IMG/VR virus record: IMGVR_UViG_3300022554_000003
Reading direction: 5' to 3' (one strand)
Length of the DNA: 64,000 nucleotides
DNA from: a virus
The translations under genes and the position numbers were made by a program. This document shows, piece by piece, positions 37,201-44,569 of this stretch; positions within the stretch are counted from its first letter, which is position 1; the number at the start of each line of letters is the position of its first letter. The notes under the pieces were generated by a model. It had not been told where the DNA came from. It did no database searches and worked only from the letters and a program-made list of their open reading frames with translations.

Positions 37201-38407
37201 TTGGAATCAAAAAATATTTGAGTGTGATAAAAATTGTTTGTCAGATAAACGCGGTGGTAATATAGGGAATATAGATTCGGAAATATTGTTCATTGCACAG
37301 ACACCAGGACAACAAAAACCAGAGACACCTAATGAAGACATAGTACCTTTTGGATTTTACAAAAAGAAAGAAGATAAGGTTAAAAGTGAAGTTGTTTTTC
37401 ATTGGATGATAGAGCTACTTGGATTGACTGAAAAAGATTTTTATTTAACAAATGTTGTTAAATGTGCTACAAATGAAGTGCCAAATTTAAAAGTTACAGA
37501 AATATGTGTAAACAAGTTTTTGTTGAATGAAATTAAAAGAATGAGGAATTTGAAGTATATAATATGTATGGGAGAACAAGCCAAAGCTTTTGTAGCTTAC
37601 TTTAAGGACCAATTCGATGCCAATGATAAGTACAAGTATTTTTTTATTTGGCATCCTTCATTTTTGAGCAGAAATGGTTTTGTGGATGACATAAACAGAA
37701 AATACGGCAACGAAACGATTTTTAATAACTATAGGAATAAAATTATATCCATAAAGGAGGTTTTTGATATGTCAGAAGAGAAAGGTGTTGTTGGTAAAGA
37801 TGTTGAATTGGGGAAGGTTTATAAAACAGTTGGAAGGGGTACAGTAGTAAAAATCACAAAAATTGAAAAAAAAGGTGACAAACTTGAAATTTTTGGAATA
37901 ACTCATCCAAAATTTAGTTTGGTCACTGTTCCACTTGATATGAGGCTTATTGAAGCGGAGAATCAGAAGGAATACGATTTTAGTGGTGCAGAAAGTGTGG
38001 CTGACGAAGTTAAAGAGGAAAAGAAAGAAGAAAAGAAAGCCGAAGCCAAGGAAGAAAAGGAAGAGAAAAAGGAACCGAAAGAAGAGAAGAAAGATAAAGA
38101 AGAAAAGAAGGAAGAAAAGAAAGAGAAAGCTGAAGGCAAAGGAACCCGCAAAGGTAAAATCGACCGCAAGGAAACCGAAGCTCTCTACAAAGCTGTCAAA
38201 GCTCATCTTGAAAAAGTTGGTGGTACCAAAGTCAATAAGAACTATGTCGTCTTCAAGATAGATGACATCAAGTGCAGGCTTTATGCTTATGACTGCATGG
38301 TACTCGCTGATAAGAAAATCAAGGACATCGAGCCTATGAAGAAGTTCGATGACTATGTGAAATACCCAGTTCAGGACCTCTTCAAGGTCATAGGCTACAA
38401 AGGGTAA
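37181..38407 (+). CDS. UDG-superfamily (family 4-like, 4-Cys) domain fused to a K/E-rich linker and an unknown C-terminal domain
   Basis: ECDKNC...ILFIAQTPGQQ...LTNVVKCA...EICV...WHPSFLSRN. The motif A position reads AQTPG rather than GEAPG. An in-frame internal SD and ATG lie at 37769. Confidence 0.6.
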   Translation: MQKMVNDWNQKIFECDKNCLSDKRGGNIGNIDSEILFIAQTPGQQKPETPNEDIVPFGFYKKKEDKVKSEVVFHWMIELLGLTEKDFYLTNVVKCATNEVPNLKVTEICVNKFLLNEIKRMRNLKYIICMGEQAKAFVAYFKDQFDANDKYKYFFIWHPSFLSRNGFVDDINRKYGNETIFNNYRNKIISIKEVFDMSEEKGVVGKDVELGKVYKTVGRGTVVKITKIEKKGDKLEIFGITHPKFSLVTVPLDMRLIEAENQKEYDFSGAESVADEVKEEKKEEKKAEAKEEKEEKKEPKEEKKDKEEKKEEKKEKAEGKGTRKGKIDRKETEALYKAVKAHLEKVGGTKVNKNYVVFKIDDIKCRLYAYDCMVLADKKIKDIEPMKKFDDYVKYPVQDLFKVIGYKG

Positions 38408-38410
38408 TTC

Positions 38411-38953
38411 ATGTTCATTATTATCGAAGGCATAGACGGCTCTGGGAAGAGTGGACTTATCGATGCACTGACTAGTTTTTACCCAAACTACAAGCGAGCT
38501 GACATTAGAGAACAATGGGCAAAGGTCGACGCAAAGAGTCAAACTTCTCGTAAAAAATTCTTTGTTGATTATTACCAACAACACAAGAATGACAACATTA
38601 TTGTTGATAGATTTCATCTTTCTGAAGCTGTCTATGACCTTACATTAAGAAATACTAAAACTGATATAGCGGACTTTGAAAAGAAAATCTTCGGCAATGA
38701 TGTATCTAATGTTATTCTCATAACAATAGATGTACACGAAGCTGTTGCCCAATCAAGAATAAAAAAGCGTGATGGCAAAGATGAAAAACAAGATTTGGCA
38801 AAGGAGCGTTCTATATTTCTTCGTTTGCATAATCAATCAATGATTCAACATAAGTTGCTCGTCTACAATGATAAGTTTGATATTCTTGTAAAAGAAGTGA
38901 AGGAGAAAATCGAAGATGTTTGTGGAATATCTGGAAAGGTTTTTACGAAGTAA
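38411..38953 (+). CDS. tmk: Thymidylate/dNMP kinase-like P-loop kinase
   Basis: MFIIIEGIDGSGKSGLIDAL P-loop and DRFHLSEAVY (Tmk DRY-like motif). Confidence 0.7.
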   Translation: MFIIIEGIDGSGKSGLIDALTSFYPNYKRADIREQWAKVDAKSQTSRKKFFVDYYQQHKNDNIIVDRFHLSEAVYDLTLRNTKTDIADFEKKIFGNDVSNVILITIDVHEAVAQSRIKKRDGKDEKQDLAKERSIFLRLHNQSMIQHKLLVYNDKFDILVKEVKEKIEDVCGISGKVFTK

Positions 38954-39203
38954 TTGTATCCGACCAGATAGGGTCCACGAGCGATATGTAAGTTTTTTAG
39001 GAAAGAATTGTATTATAAGAATTTGGTTTGATACAAGGGTACACATTTATCGCAATCAAAAATTGTATAAAAAGTTTTATTTTGACGAAAGACGTTTGAA
39101 GAGATATTTACCAAAACTGGAGGATAGATATGAACAAATTTCAACTAGCGGACGAGGAATTTCAACCATTGTTAAAACAAATGTTCGAACAAAACGCACT
39201 TGA
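38916..39203 (+). CDS. Possible small basic protein (doubtful)
   Basis: SD AAGGAG 10 nt upstream, but the ORF overlaps both neighbours (38 and 74 nt). Confidence 0.25.
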   Translation: MFVEYLERFLRSNCIRPDRVHERYVSFLGKNCIIRIWFDTRVHIYRNQKLYKKFYFDERRLKRYLPKLEDRYEQISTSGRGISTIVKTNVRTKRT

Positions 39204-39573
39204 AGGTCGTATCAATGTAGAACCGGAAAGGATAATAGTACTTCGTTCTAATGCAAGAAGTAAAACAAAAATAGCTTACATTAAACCAATTAAGGGCGAG
39301 TATGCATTACTGACAGAGAAAAAATATTTTATGGTCATAGTTAGTGATAACTTTGACCGCTTGGATAATGATGAACAGAAGTGGACTATACTTCATGAGT
39401 ATTGTCATTGCCGCTTGGATGCTGATGGCGAATATGTCACTGTAGACCACAACATCAAAGACTTTACATATTTACTGAAAGATGCCACTCATAATATTGA
39501 CCTCGTTGATGACTATAAATTTGTCAATAAGAACAACGAAAAAGCAACACCGAAAATACCAGCATTAGAATAA
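39130..39573 (+). CDS. Putative phage metallopeptidase-like protein (HExxH)
   Basis: ILHEYCHCRLD...VDHNIKDF. SD GGAGGA upstream. Confidence 0.45.
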   Translation: MNKFQLADEEFQPLLKQMFEQNALEGRINVEPERIIVLRSNARSKTKIAYIKPIKGEYALLTEKKYFMVIVSDNFDRLDNDEQKWTILHEYCHCRLDADGEYVTVDHNIKDFTYLLKDATHNIDLVDDYKFVNKNNEKATPKIPALE

Positions 39574-39639
39574 ACAAAACAGCATATAACATTAGATTGT
39601 AATGATTACAAAAAAATATACGAAACTTAAAAATATCAG

Positions 39640-39668
39640 TTTACAAACGTTGCCTTATAGTGTATAAT
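39640..39668 (+). promoter_or_regulatory. Sigma70-like promoter TTTACA-17-TATAAT
   Basis: Lies in the intergenic gap after 39573. Followed by the leader GAATTCAGGAGGTAG (39695-39709). Confidence 0.55.
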
Positions 39669-39713
39669 TATATTGTAAGATAAAAAAGAAATCAGAATTC
39701 AGGAGGTAGGAAG

Positions 39714-39938
39714 ATGAAAGCAATGGATTCAAAGATTCCCCCTCTTATATATGGAATGAAGGAGGTGCATGGACTTGAAAGAACTGTGGTTCCAAAAGCT
39801 GGAAGCAGCAATATTACTAAGGAGCGGCATACTAAAATCTGGAGAGCTCAAACAGCTTACTCTGAAGGATGCAAAAAAGAAATTGAATCCAAACGGAATA
39901 TACTTCCTAAATCTTCCAAAGGAGACAGACGAAAATAA
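39714..39938 (+). CDS. Possible small ORF (alternative to 39769..40038)
   Basis: Strong SD AGGAGGT, but it almost completely overlaps a second ORF in another frame whose sequence looks more protein-like. Confidence 0.3.
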   Translation: MKAMDSKIPPLIYGMKEVHGLERTVVPKAGSSNITKERHTKIWRAQTAYSEGCKKEIESKRNILPKSSKGDRRK

Positions 39939-40038
39939 AAAGTTAGACAAGCTCTGTTTGAATACTTTAAGGATAATTAAGAATAATGAAAGGTATATAG
40001 TATGCCGAGAGGAGGATTTTTTCAATGAAACTATATAG
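39769..40038 (+). CDS. Hypothetical small protein upstream of the methyltransferase
   Basis: SD GAAGGAGGTG 4 nt upstream. 14-nt overlap with the MTase start. Confidence 0.45.
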   Translation: MDLKELWFQKLEAAILLRSGILKSGELKQLTLKDAKKKLNPNGIYFLNLPKETDENKKLDKLCLNTLRIIKNNERYIVCREEDFFNETI

Positions 40039-41227
40039 AAAAAGTAAAAGAAAATATACCGATATTTACCTAGGTAATTGTTTAGACAAGTTAAAACAGA
40101 TGGAAGATAATAGTGTTGATGCAGTTATAACAGACCCACCTTATGGGTATCAGGGTCATAACTGGGATAAAAGTCTACCTGATAAAGAAGTATTTAAAGA
40201 ATGCTTCAGAGTGTTAAAACCAGGTGCGTTTATGTGTACTATGTCTGCACCCAGGACAGATGTATATTGGCGTATGTGCCAACGAATAGAGGAAGCAGGG
40301 TTTAAAGTAGATTTCACCCCTATTGTTTGGAGTTTTGCTACAGGGTTTCCAAAAGCGATTAATATAGGAAAGATGATAGATAAACGTAGAAGGGTTGAAA
40401 GGCAAGTAATAGGCAGAAACCCTAATAGTATAGAAAATTGTGACAAATCAAATACCATTTATGAAAGTGGAACAGTAGGCAAAACTGATTTTATAACCAA
40501 AGGTAATAGTGAATTTGGGGGTGCTTATGGTGGATTTCAACCGAAGCCTGCTGTTGAAATGATAATAGTGGCTATGAAACCCCTAGAAGAAAAAACTTAT
40601 GTTGACCAAGCATTAAAGAATGGTAAAGGTATAAGTTGGTTAGATAATTGCAGAATACCTTTTCAAAGTGAAAAAGGTAAGTGTAAAGAAGGGGATAATT
40701 TTGCCACAATAGAAGATAATAAATCAGTAGAAAGTAATCCGCAAGGTCGTTTCCCTGCTAATTTGTTAGTGAGTGATGATAGTTTAAATGATGGTAAGGT
40801 TTATAAGAGGCAACAAGGTGCAACAAAAGGAAATGAACCAAGAGGAGATGAAGGAAGTTATAGCAGATATTTTGATTTAGATAGATGGTATGAAACACAA
40901 TTTGCTATATTCCCCAAGGCAAGCAAGAGCGAAAAGAATAAAGGATGTGAAGCATTAAATAATAGACAGGTTTGCAGAACTAACAATGCTGGCGAATTTA
41001 AAAATATAGATAGACCCGTTGGTAATAATCACCCTACCGTAAAACCAATAAAACTGATGGCTTATCTTATTACAATGTTTAGTCGTAAGGGGGATATAAT
41101 ATTAGACCCCTTTATGGGTAGTGGGACTACGGGAGTGGCATCCGTTTTGTTAGAAAGAAAGTTTATAGGGTGTGAAATGAACAAAGGTTACGTAGAAATA
41201 GCCAAAGCAAGGTTGTTGAGTGTATGA
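40025..41227 (+). CDS. Orphan DNA methyltransferase, beta-class N6-adenine/N4-cytosine
   Basis: DAVITDPPYG (motif IV) lies N-terminal to DPFMGSGTTGVA (motif I). HPTVKP box present. No endonuclease partner seen. Confidence 0.85.
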   Translation: MKLYRKSKRKYTDIYLGNCLDKLKQMEDNSVDAVITDPPYGYQGHNWDKSLPDKEVFKECFRVLKPGAFMCTMSAPRTDVYWRMCQRIEEAGFKVDFTPIVWSFATGFPKAINIGKMIDKRRRVERQVIGRNPNSIENCDKSNTIYESGTVGKTDFITKGNSEFGGAYGGFQPKPAVEMIIVAMKPLEEKTYVDQALKNGKGISWLDNCRIPFQSEKGKCKEGDNFATIEDNKSVESNPQGRFPANLLVSDDSLNDGKVYKRQQGATKGNEPRGDEGSYSRYFDLDRWYETQFAIFPKASKSEKNKGCEALNNRQVCRTNNAGEFKNIDRPVGNNHPTVKPIKLMAYLITMFSRKGDIILDPFMGSGTTGVASVLLERKFIGCEMNKGYVEIAKARLLSV

Positions 41228-41364
41228 AAAATTTTTTCCCATATCTTTTAAGTATTTTGGATTTAGTAGCCTGTATAGGGTATATTTTTTGTAAGGATTA
41301 TGTAAGAGCCATCTATTGGGTGTCAGCAAGTATACTGACTTTTACAACTACTATAATGGAATGA
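41224..41364 (+). CDS. Small 2-TM membrane protein (46 aa, not in the ORF track)
   Basis: ATGA overlap with the MTase stop. MKNFFPYLLSILDLVACIGYIFCKDYVRAIYWVSASILTFTTTIME. Followed by a terminator. Confidence 0.4.
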   Translation: MKNFFPYLLSILDLVACIGYIFCKDYVRAIYWVSASILTFTTTIME

Positions 41365-41366
41365 AG

Positions 41367-41406
41367 GCGATTGTACTCTCAGGAGTACAGTCGCTTTCGG
41401 TTTTTT
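41367..41406 (+). terminator. Rho-independent terminator
   Basis: Stem GCGATTGTACTC / GAGTACAGTCGC (one G-U pair), 4-nt loop, then TTTCGGTTTTTT. Confidence 0.8.
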
Positions 41407-41525
41407 ATAACACACGAAAGGAGGGTGTAAGTGCAACACATTCAGCGATGCTGAATGAAACCAGAAATCAGGAAGTAGGTTGTTGAAAAAAAAGAAGTTA
41501 AACTATAACTCAGGAGGTAGTAAAC

Positions 41526-42296
41526 ATGGAAACAGCAATCTTAGAGAAAGCTTACGAGCAGTATGTCACAAAGAACAAGAGGTACATTGAGTCACATGGA
41601 CTTCAAGATGCAGTGCAGGATGCATTTCTTTATTTTATCGAGAGGAATGCCAAAGGTAAACTCGATTCAATCAACCAGTCGTTCATATCCCGTGGAGTGA
41701 AGTATGCCAAACTCAATGAACTTAAAAATCCAAATGCAAACGTTCTTAGTTTTGATGATGTTGTCAATACTGAAGATGACATCAGGATTGAAGACCTCAT
41801 CAGCGAACTGGATATGAAATTACAGAACGTCGATGTTGAAATCGAAATTGAAAAGCGCGTTGAAGAAATGGTCAAGCATGACAAACGCATTGCTGACATT
41901 ATATCATTTCACAAAGAAGGGTGGAATGGAAAGCAGTTGTCGGAAATGTTTGGTATATCAGAGACAGTTATCAGTCGCATTCTTAATTTTCAAATTAAAC
42001 AAGATAGAAAAGAAAAACGTAAACCAATTGACAAGTCCAAATTAAAAGAATTTCAGACGGTTGCAAAGAAATATGGCAAAATAAAAAAGACCTATATAAG
42101 GATTGGTGATATAGCTCTTATGAACGATGGCAGAATATACACAAAAAAGAACTACTTTAATGGTATACGAAGTGGTAATGAATTTTTGAGTTACATCGAT
42201 GTCATTACTCTCGAACAATTTGAGGAAATAGCATCAAAAATAAGGAAAAATGACAAAAACACAGTGAAGAGAAATTTGAGATTCAAACAAGGTTGA
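41526..42296 (+). CDS. Sigma-70-family-like transcription factor (regions 2 and 4) with C-terminal extension
   Basis: AVQDAFLYFIERN is region 2-like. GKQLSEMFGISETVISRILN is a region 4 HTH. Leader TAACTCAGGAGGTAG upstream. Confidence 0.5.
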   Translation: METAILEKAYEQYVTKNKRYIESHGLQDAVQDAFLYFIERNAKGKLDSINQSFISRGVKYAKLNELKNPNANVLSFDDVVNTEDDIRIEDLISELDMKLQNVDVEIEIEKRVEEMVKHDKRIADIISFHKEGWNGKQLSEMFGISETVISRILNFQIKQDRKEKRKPIDKSKLKEFQTVAKKYGKIKKTYIRIGDIALMNDGRIYTKKNYFNGIRSGNEFLSYIDVITLEQFEEIASKIRKNDKNTVKRNLRFKQG

Positions 42297-42467
42297 CAGG
42301 AGATAGTATTAATCTTGCGCTAGAATTTATTCCACCACAGTATAAAGGGAAGTATCTCGATGCGATTGTGTTAAATACAAAAAATGTTTACGCAGAGTAC
42401 GATAAGAAGAAATAGTTTTTTTTAAGTATTTTTAGAGATTATGAACAGTAACGAAAGGAGTATCTAT

Positions 42468-42818
42468 ATGCTAAAAGTATACATTACCAACTGGGGACCA
42501 CATATGAACGAGAGTCTTATGCAACTTGAAAAAGAAGGGTACCAGCTGATAAAGCTTACCGAAGGTAATGTAGATATCTTCGGAACCGATAGGCTAAGAT
42601 ATGATATCGAAAGACAATTCCGAGAGACTGGTATAACAAAGGATGATTTTTTACTTTTAAGTGGTAGCCCTGTAATTGGTGGAATATCTACTGCTTTGAT
42701 GATGTTGATGACAGGCAGAGTTAATTATATGATTTACGGGGCAAAATTAAAAGATTATACTAAAAGAGAGAATGTAATACAATATGAGCTTCCTAAGCAA
42801 TGTCGTCTCAAATTATAA
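42468..42818 (+). CDS. Hypothetical protein
   Basis: Start moved to ATG 42468 (SD AAAGGAG). Confidence 0.55.
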   Translation: MLKVYITNWGPHMNESLMQLEKEGYQLIKLTEGNVDIFGTDRLRYDIERQFRETGITKDDFLLLSGSPVIGGISTALMMLMTGRVNYMIYGAKLKDYTKRENVIQYELPKQCRLKL

Positions 42819-42825
42819 CACATAT

Positions 42826-42902
42826 TGCCGGGTCGCCAAACTGGTAAGGCATCAGGCTTTGGACTTGACATTGTGCTGGCTCGAGTCCAGCCTCGGCAAC
42901 CA
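42826..42902 (+). tRNA. tRNA-Gln (anticodon UUG), slightly atypical
   Basis: Hand fold: acceptor TGCCGGG/CTCGGCA (U1-A72, one G-U), D arm GCCA..GGC, anticodon stem TCAGG/CTTGA, loop CTTTGGA, T arm GCTGG/CCAGC, encoded CCA. Atypical features are a 6-nt variable region and C at position 54. Confidence 0.6.
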
Positions 42903-42914
42903 ATTAGGAGCACT

Positions 42915-43475
42915 ATGAGCAAAAAGAAAACATTACAAGAAATTAGAGCTGAGTTTAAGAAAAACGATTTTATTTCGGAGATTCGCAAAGAAATAGACGA
43001 ATTGCAAGATAGTATTAAAAGCAAACCATTTAATCCAGAGGAAACATCACTTAACAAATTGCATGAAATAATGGATGAGATTCAAGTTATTCAAACTAAA
43101 CTTGCGATTCTGAAGAAGAAAGCTTTGAGACAAGAAACTATATGTAAACTCTATGATTATGATGTAAAGCTTGCATATGGGGAGAAATATGATACATATC
43201 TCAATGACGCTGCAAAAACAAAAGTTGACGGGGAGAAAACATTAAAGGCGAATATGGAAGCGAATGCCAGAAAAAAGCTTAGAGATGATGGTATTGAAGC
43301 TTACAAAATAGAATCGGAGAAGAAAGAGATTCGTATAAAGGGTTATATAAAAGAGATAGATACATTTATGCTTGCATTGGAAGAAATAGACAATAAATGT
43401 AGTCGTAAAATATCGTTGATGCAATTACAAAATGAGCTTGGAGTTTTAGTGGATGTTAAATCTAAACAAAAATGA
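42915..43475 (+). CDS. Coiled-coil protein
   Basis: Start moved to ATG 42915 (SD TAGGAG), because the track start at 42825 overlaps the tRNA. Confidence 0.6.
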   Translation: MSKKKTLQEIRAEFKKNDFISEIRKEIDELQDSIKSKPFNPEETSLNKLHEIMDEIQVIQTKLAILKKKALRQETICKLYDYDVKLAYGEKYDTYLNDAAKTKVDGEKTLKANMEANARKKLRDDGIEAYKIESEKKEIRIKGYIKEIDTFMLALEEIDNKCSRKISLMQLQNELGVLVDVKSKQK

Positions 43476-43536
43476 AACAACAACTTAATTAATTTGTGTT
43501 TGTTTAAAAATAGTAATAATTAATTAGAAAGTATAT

Positions 43537-43845
43537 ATGGGTAGTATGAAAATGCAAAAATATAAAATCAAAACAAATAAACCTCCAGTTAGTGATATAT
43601 ATTTTGAGGTTGATATTGAACCAAGTCTTACTACACAAAAACATAAAGTTGTACTTTGTGATAAGCAAAAATTTAAAATTGTCGATATGTTTGATTTTAC
43701 TTTTTGGTTTGTAAGAATATTTGATAACATAAAGAAATTTGTTAATAAACTTTTGTTTAATATATTACATGGTAAGCAACAGCAGACAAATACAACAATA
43801 AATCAACAGAAGACAGAGATTTGTCGGAAGCATACAAAGTCATAA
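43537..43845 (+). CDS. Hypothetical protein (3' end uncertain)
   Basis: 102 aa. The last ~25 codons are low-complexity (QQQTNTTINQQ), and a better-looking frame runs 43776-43934. Confidence 0.35.
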   Translation: MGSMKMQKYKIKTNKPPVSDIYFEVDIEPSLTTQKHKVVLCDKQKFKIVDMFDFTFWFVRIFDNIKKFVNKLLFNILHGKQQQTNTTINQQKTEICRKHTKS

Positions 43846-43930
43846 AGAGATGTAAATCAAGTATTTTCGCACAAGAGAAACTCGGTGAAATACAAAAGCA
43901 TTACAACAAAACATTCAAGGAGGAAGTATT

Positions 43931-44569
43931 ATGAGTGGATTGAATCCAGAGAATAAATGTGTTCAATTAGTTGTTGAGGCTGCAAGGGTGCAGTACGATA
44001 AAGATGCATTGAACATAATGATGAATATGCAATACGAGCTCCAGAAGTTTTATGCAAAAAAAAGAGGTTCAATTACTCCAGACCACACCAATAAAGACCG
44101 TATCAAAGAGGCTCTCTATCATTTCAATTGTTATGTAGCCGAGATATGGGAACTACAGGAAAGAATTAATAATGGAATAAAATCAGAAGAAGATTGTATT
44201 GAGTTGAAATTTGAAGCGATAGATGCTTGGCATTTCTTTATGAATATGTTTTTGTACCTTGGTATAAGGAAATTTGATGAGGATCTTGATTTTTATTGGA
44301 CATCTGTTGGCGAACCATCAGATTATAGATTAACACTTAATTGTATAGTAACAGAATGGGGTCATGTTCTTGATGAATTACCTTATAAATATTGGAAGAC
44401 TTATGAGAATTATGATTTTAATGCAAAACGTGTGGAGAAGCTTATGGAGAGCATGCTGTGTTCATTTATATCGTTGTGCAAGTTTGTAAAAATAACAAAA
44501 GAGGAATTCTACTCATATTATATTGCCAAGAATAGGGAGAATTATGACAGGCAAAAGAGGGGTTATTGA
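43931..44569 (+). CDS. All-alpha NTP pyrophosphohydrolase (dimeric dUTPase/dCTPase, MazG-like)
   Basis: YVAEIWELQE, FEAIDAWHFFMNMF and YKYWKTY resemble dUTPase_2 motifs. Confidence 0.5.
   Translation: MSGLNPENKCVQLVVEAARVQYDKDALNIMMNMQYELQKFYAKKRGSITPDHTNKDRIKEALYHFNCYVAEIWELQERINNGIKSEEDCIELKFEAIDAWHFFMNMFLYLGIRKFDEDLDFYWTSVGEPSDYRLTLNCIVTEWGHVLDELPYKYWKTYENYDFNAKRVEKLMESMLCSFISLCKFVKITKEEFYSYYIAKNRENYDRQKRGY

Noticed and set aside
37950-38261. 103-aa K/R-rich alternative-frame ORF. Similar nested + strand ORFs occur at 7902, 16365, 23087, 33176, 41833 and 49529.
   Set aside because: These are out-of-frame readings inside longer, motif-supported genes. They have no independent translation signals.
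37772-38617. 281-aa minus-strand ORF, the longest antisense ORF in the track
   Set aside because: F/L-rich low-complexity translation of the reverse complement of the K/E polypurine tract. It has no SD and fully overlaps well-supported + strand genes (UDG-like, Tmk-like). It is a shadow ORF.
39574-39640. AT hairpin TTGTAAT-GA-TTACAA followed by an A-run after the 39573 stop, examined as a terminator
   Set aside because: The stem is only 6 A-T/G-T pairs, and the run that follows is poly-A rather than poly-T on the coding strand. This is not convincing.
42825-42914. Track start of the 216-aa ORF at 42825
   Set aside because: The first 30 codons are the tRNA-Gln sequence read as protein. An ATG with an SD at 42915 gives a sensible start.
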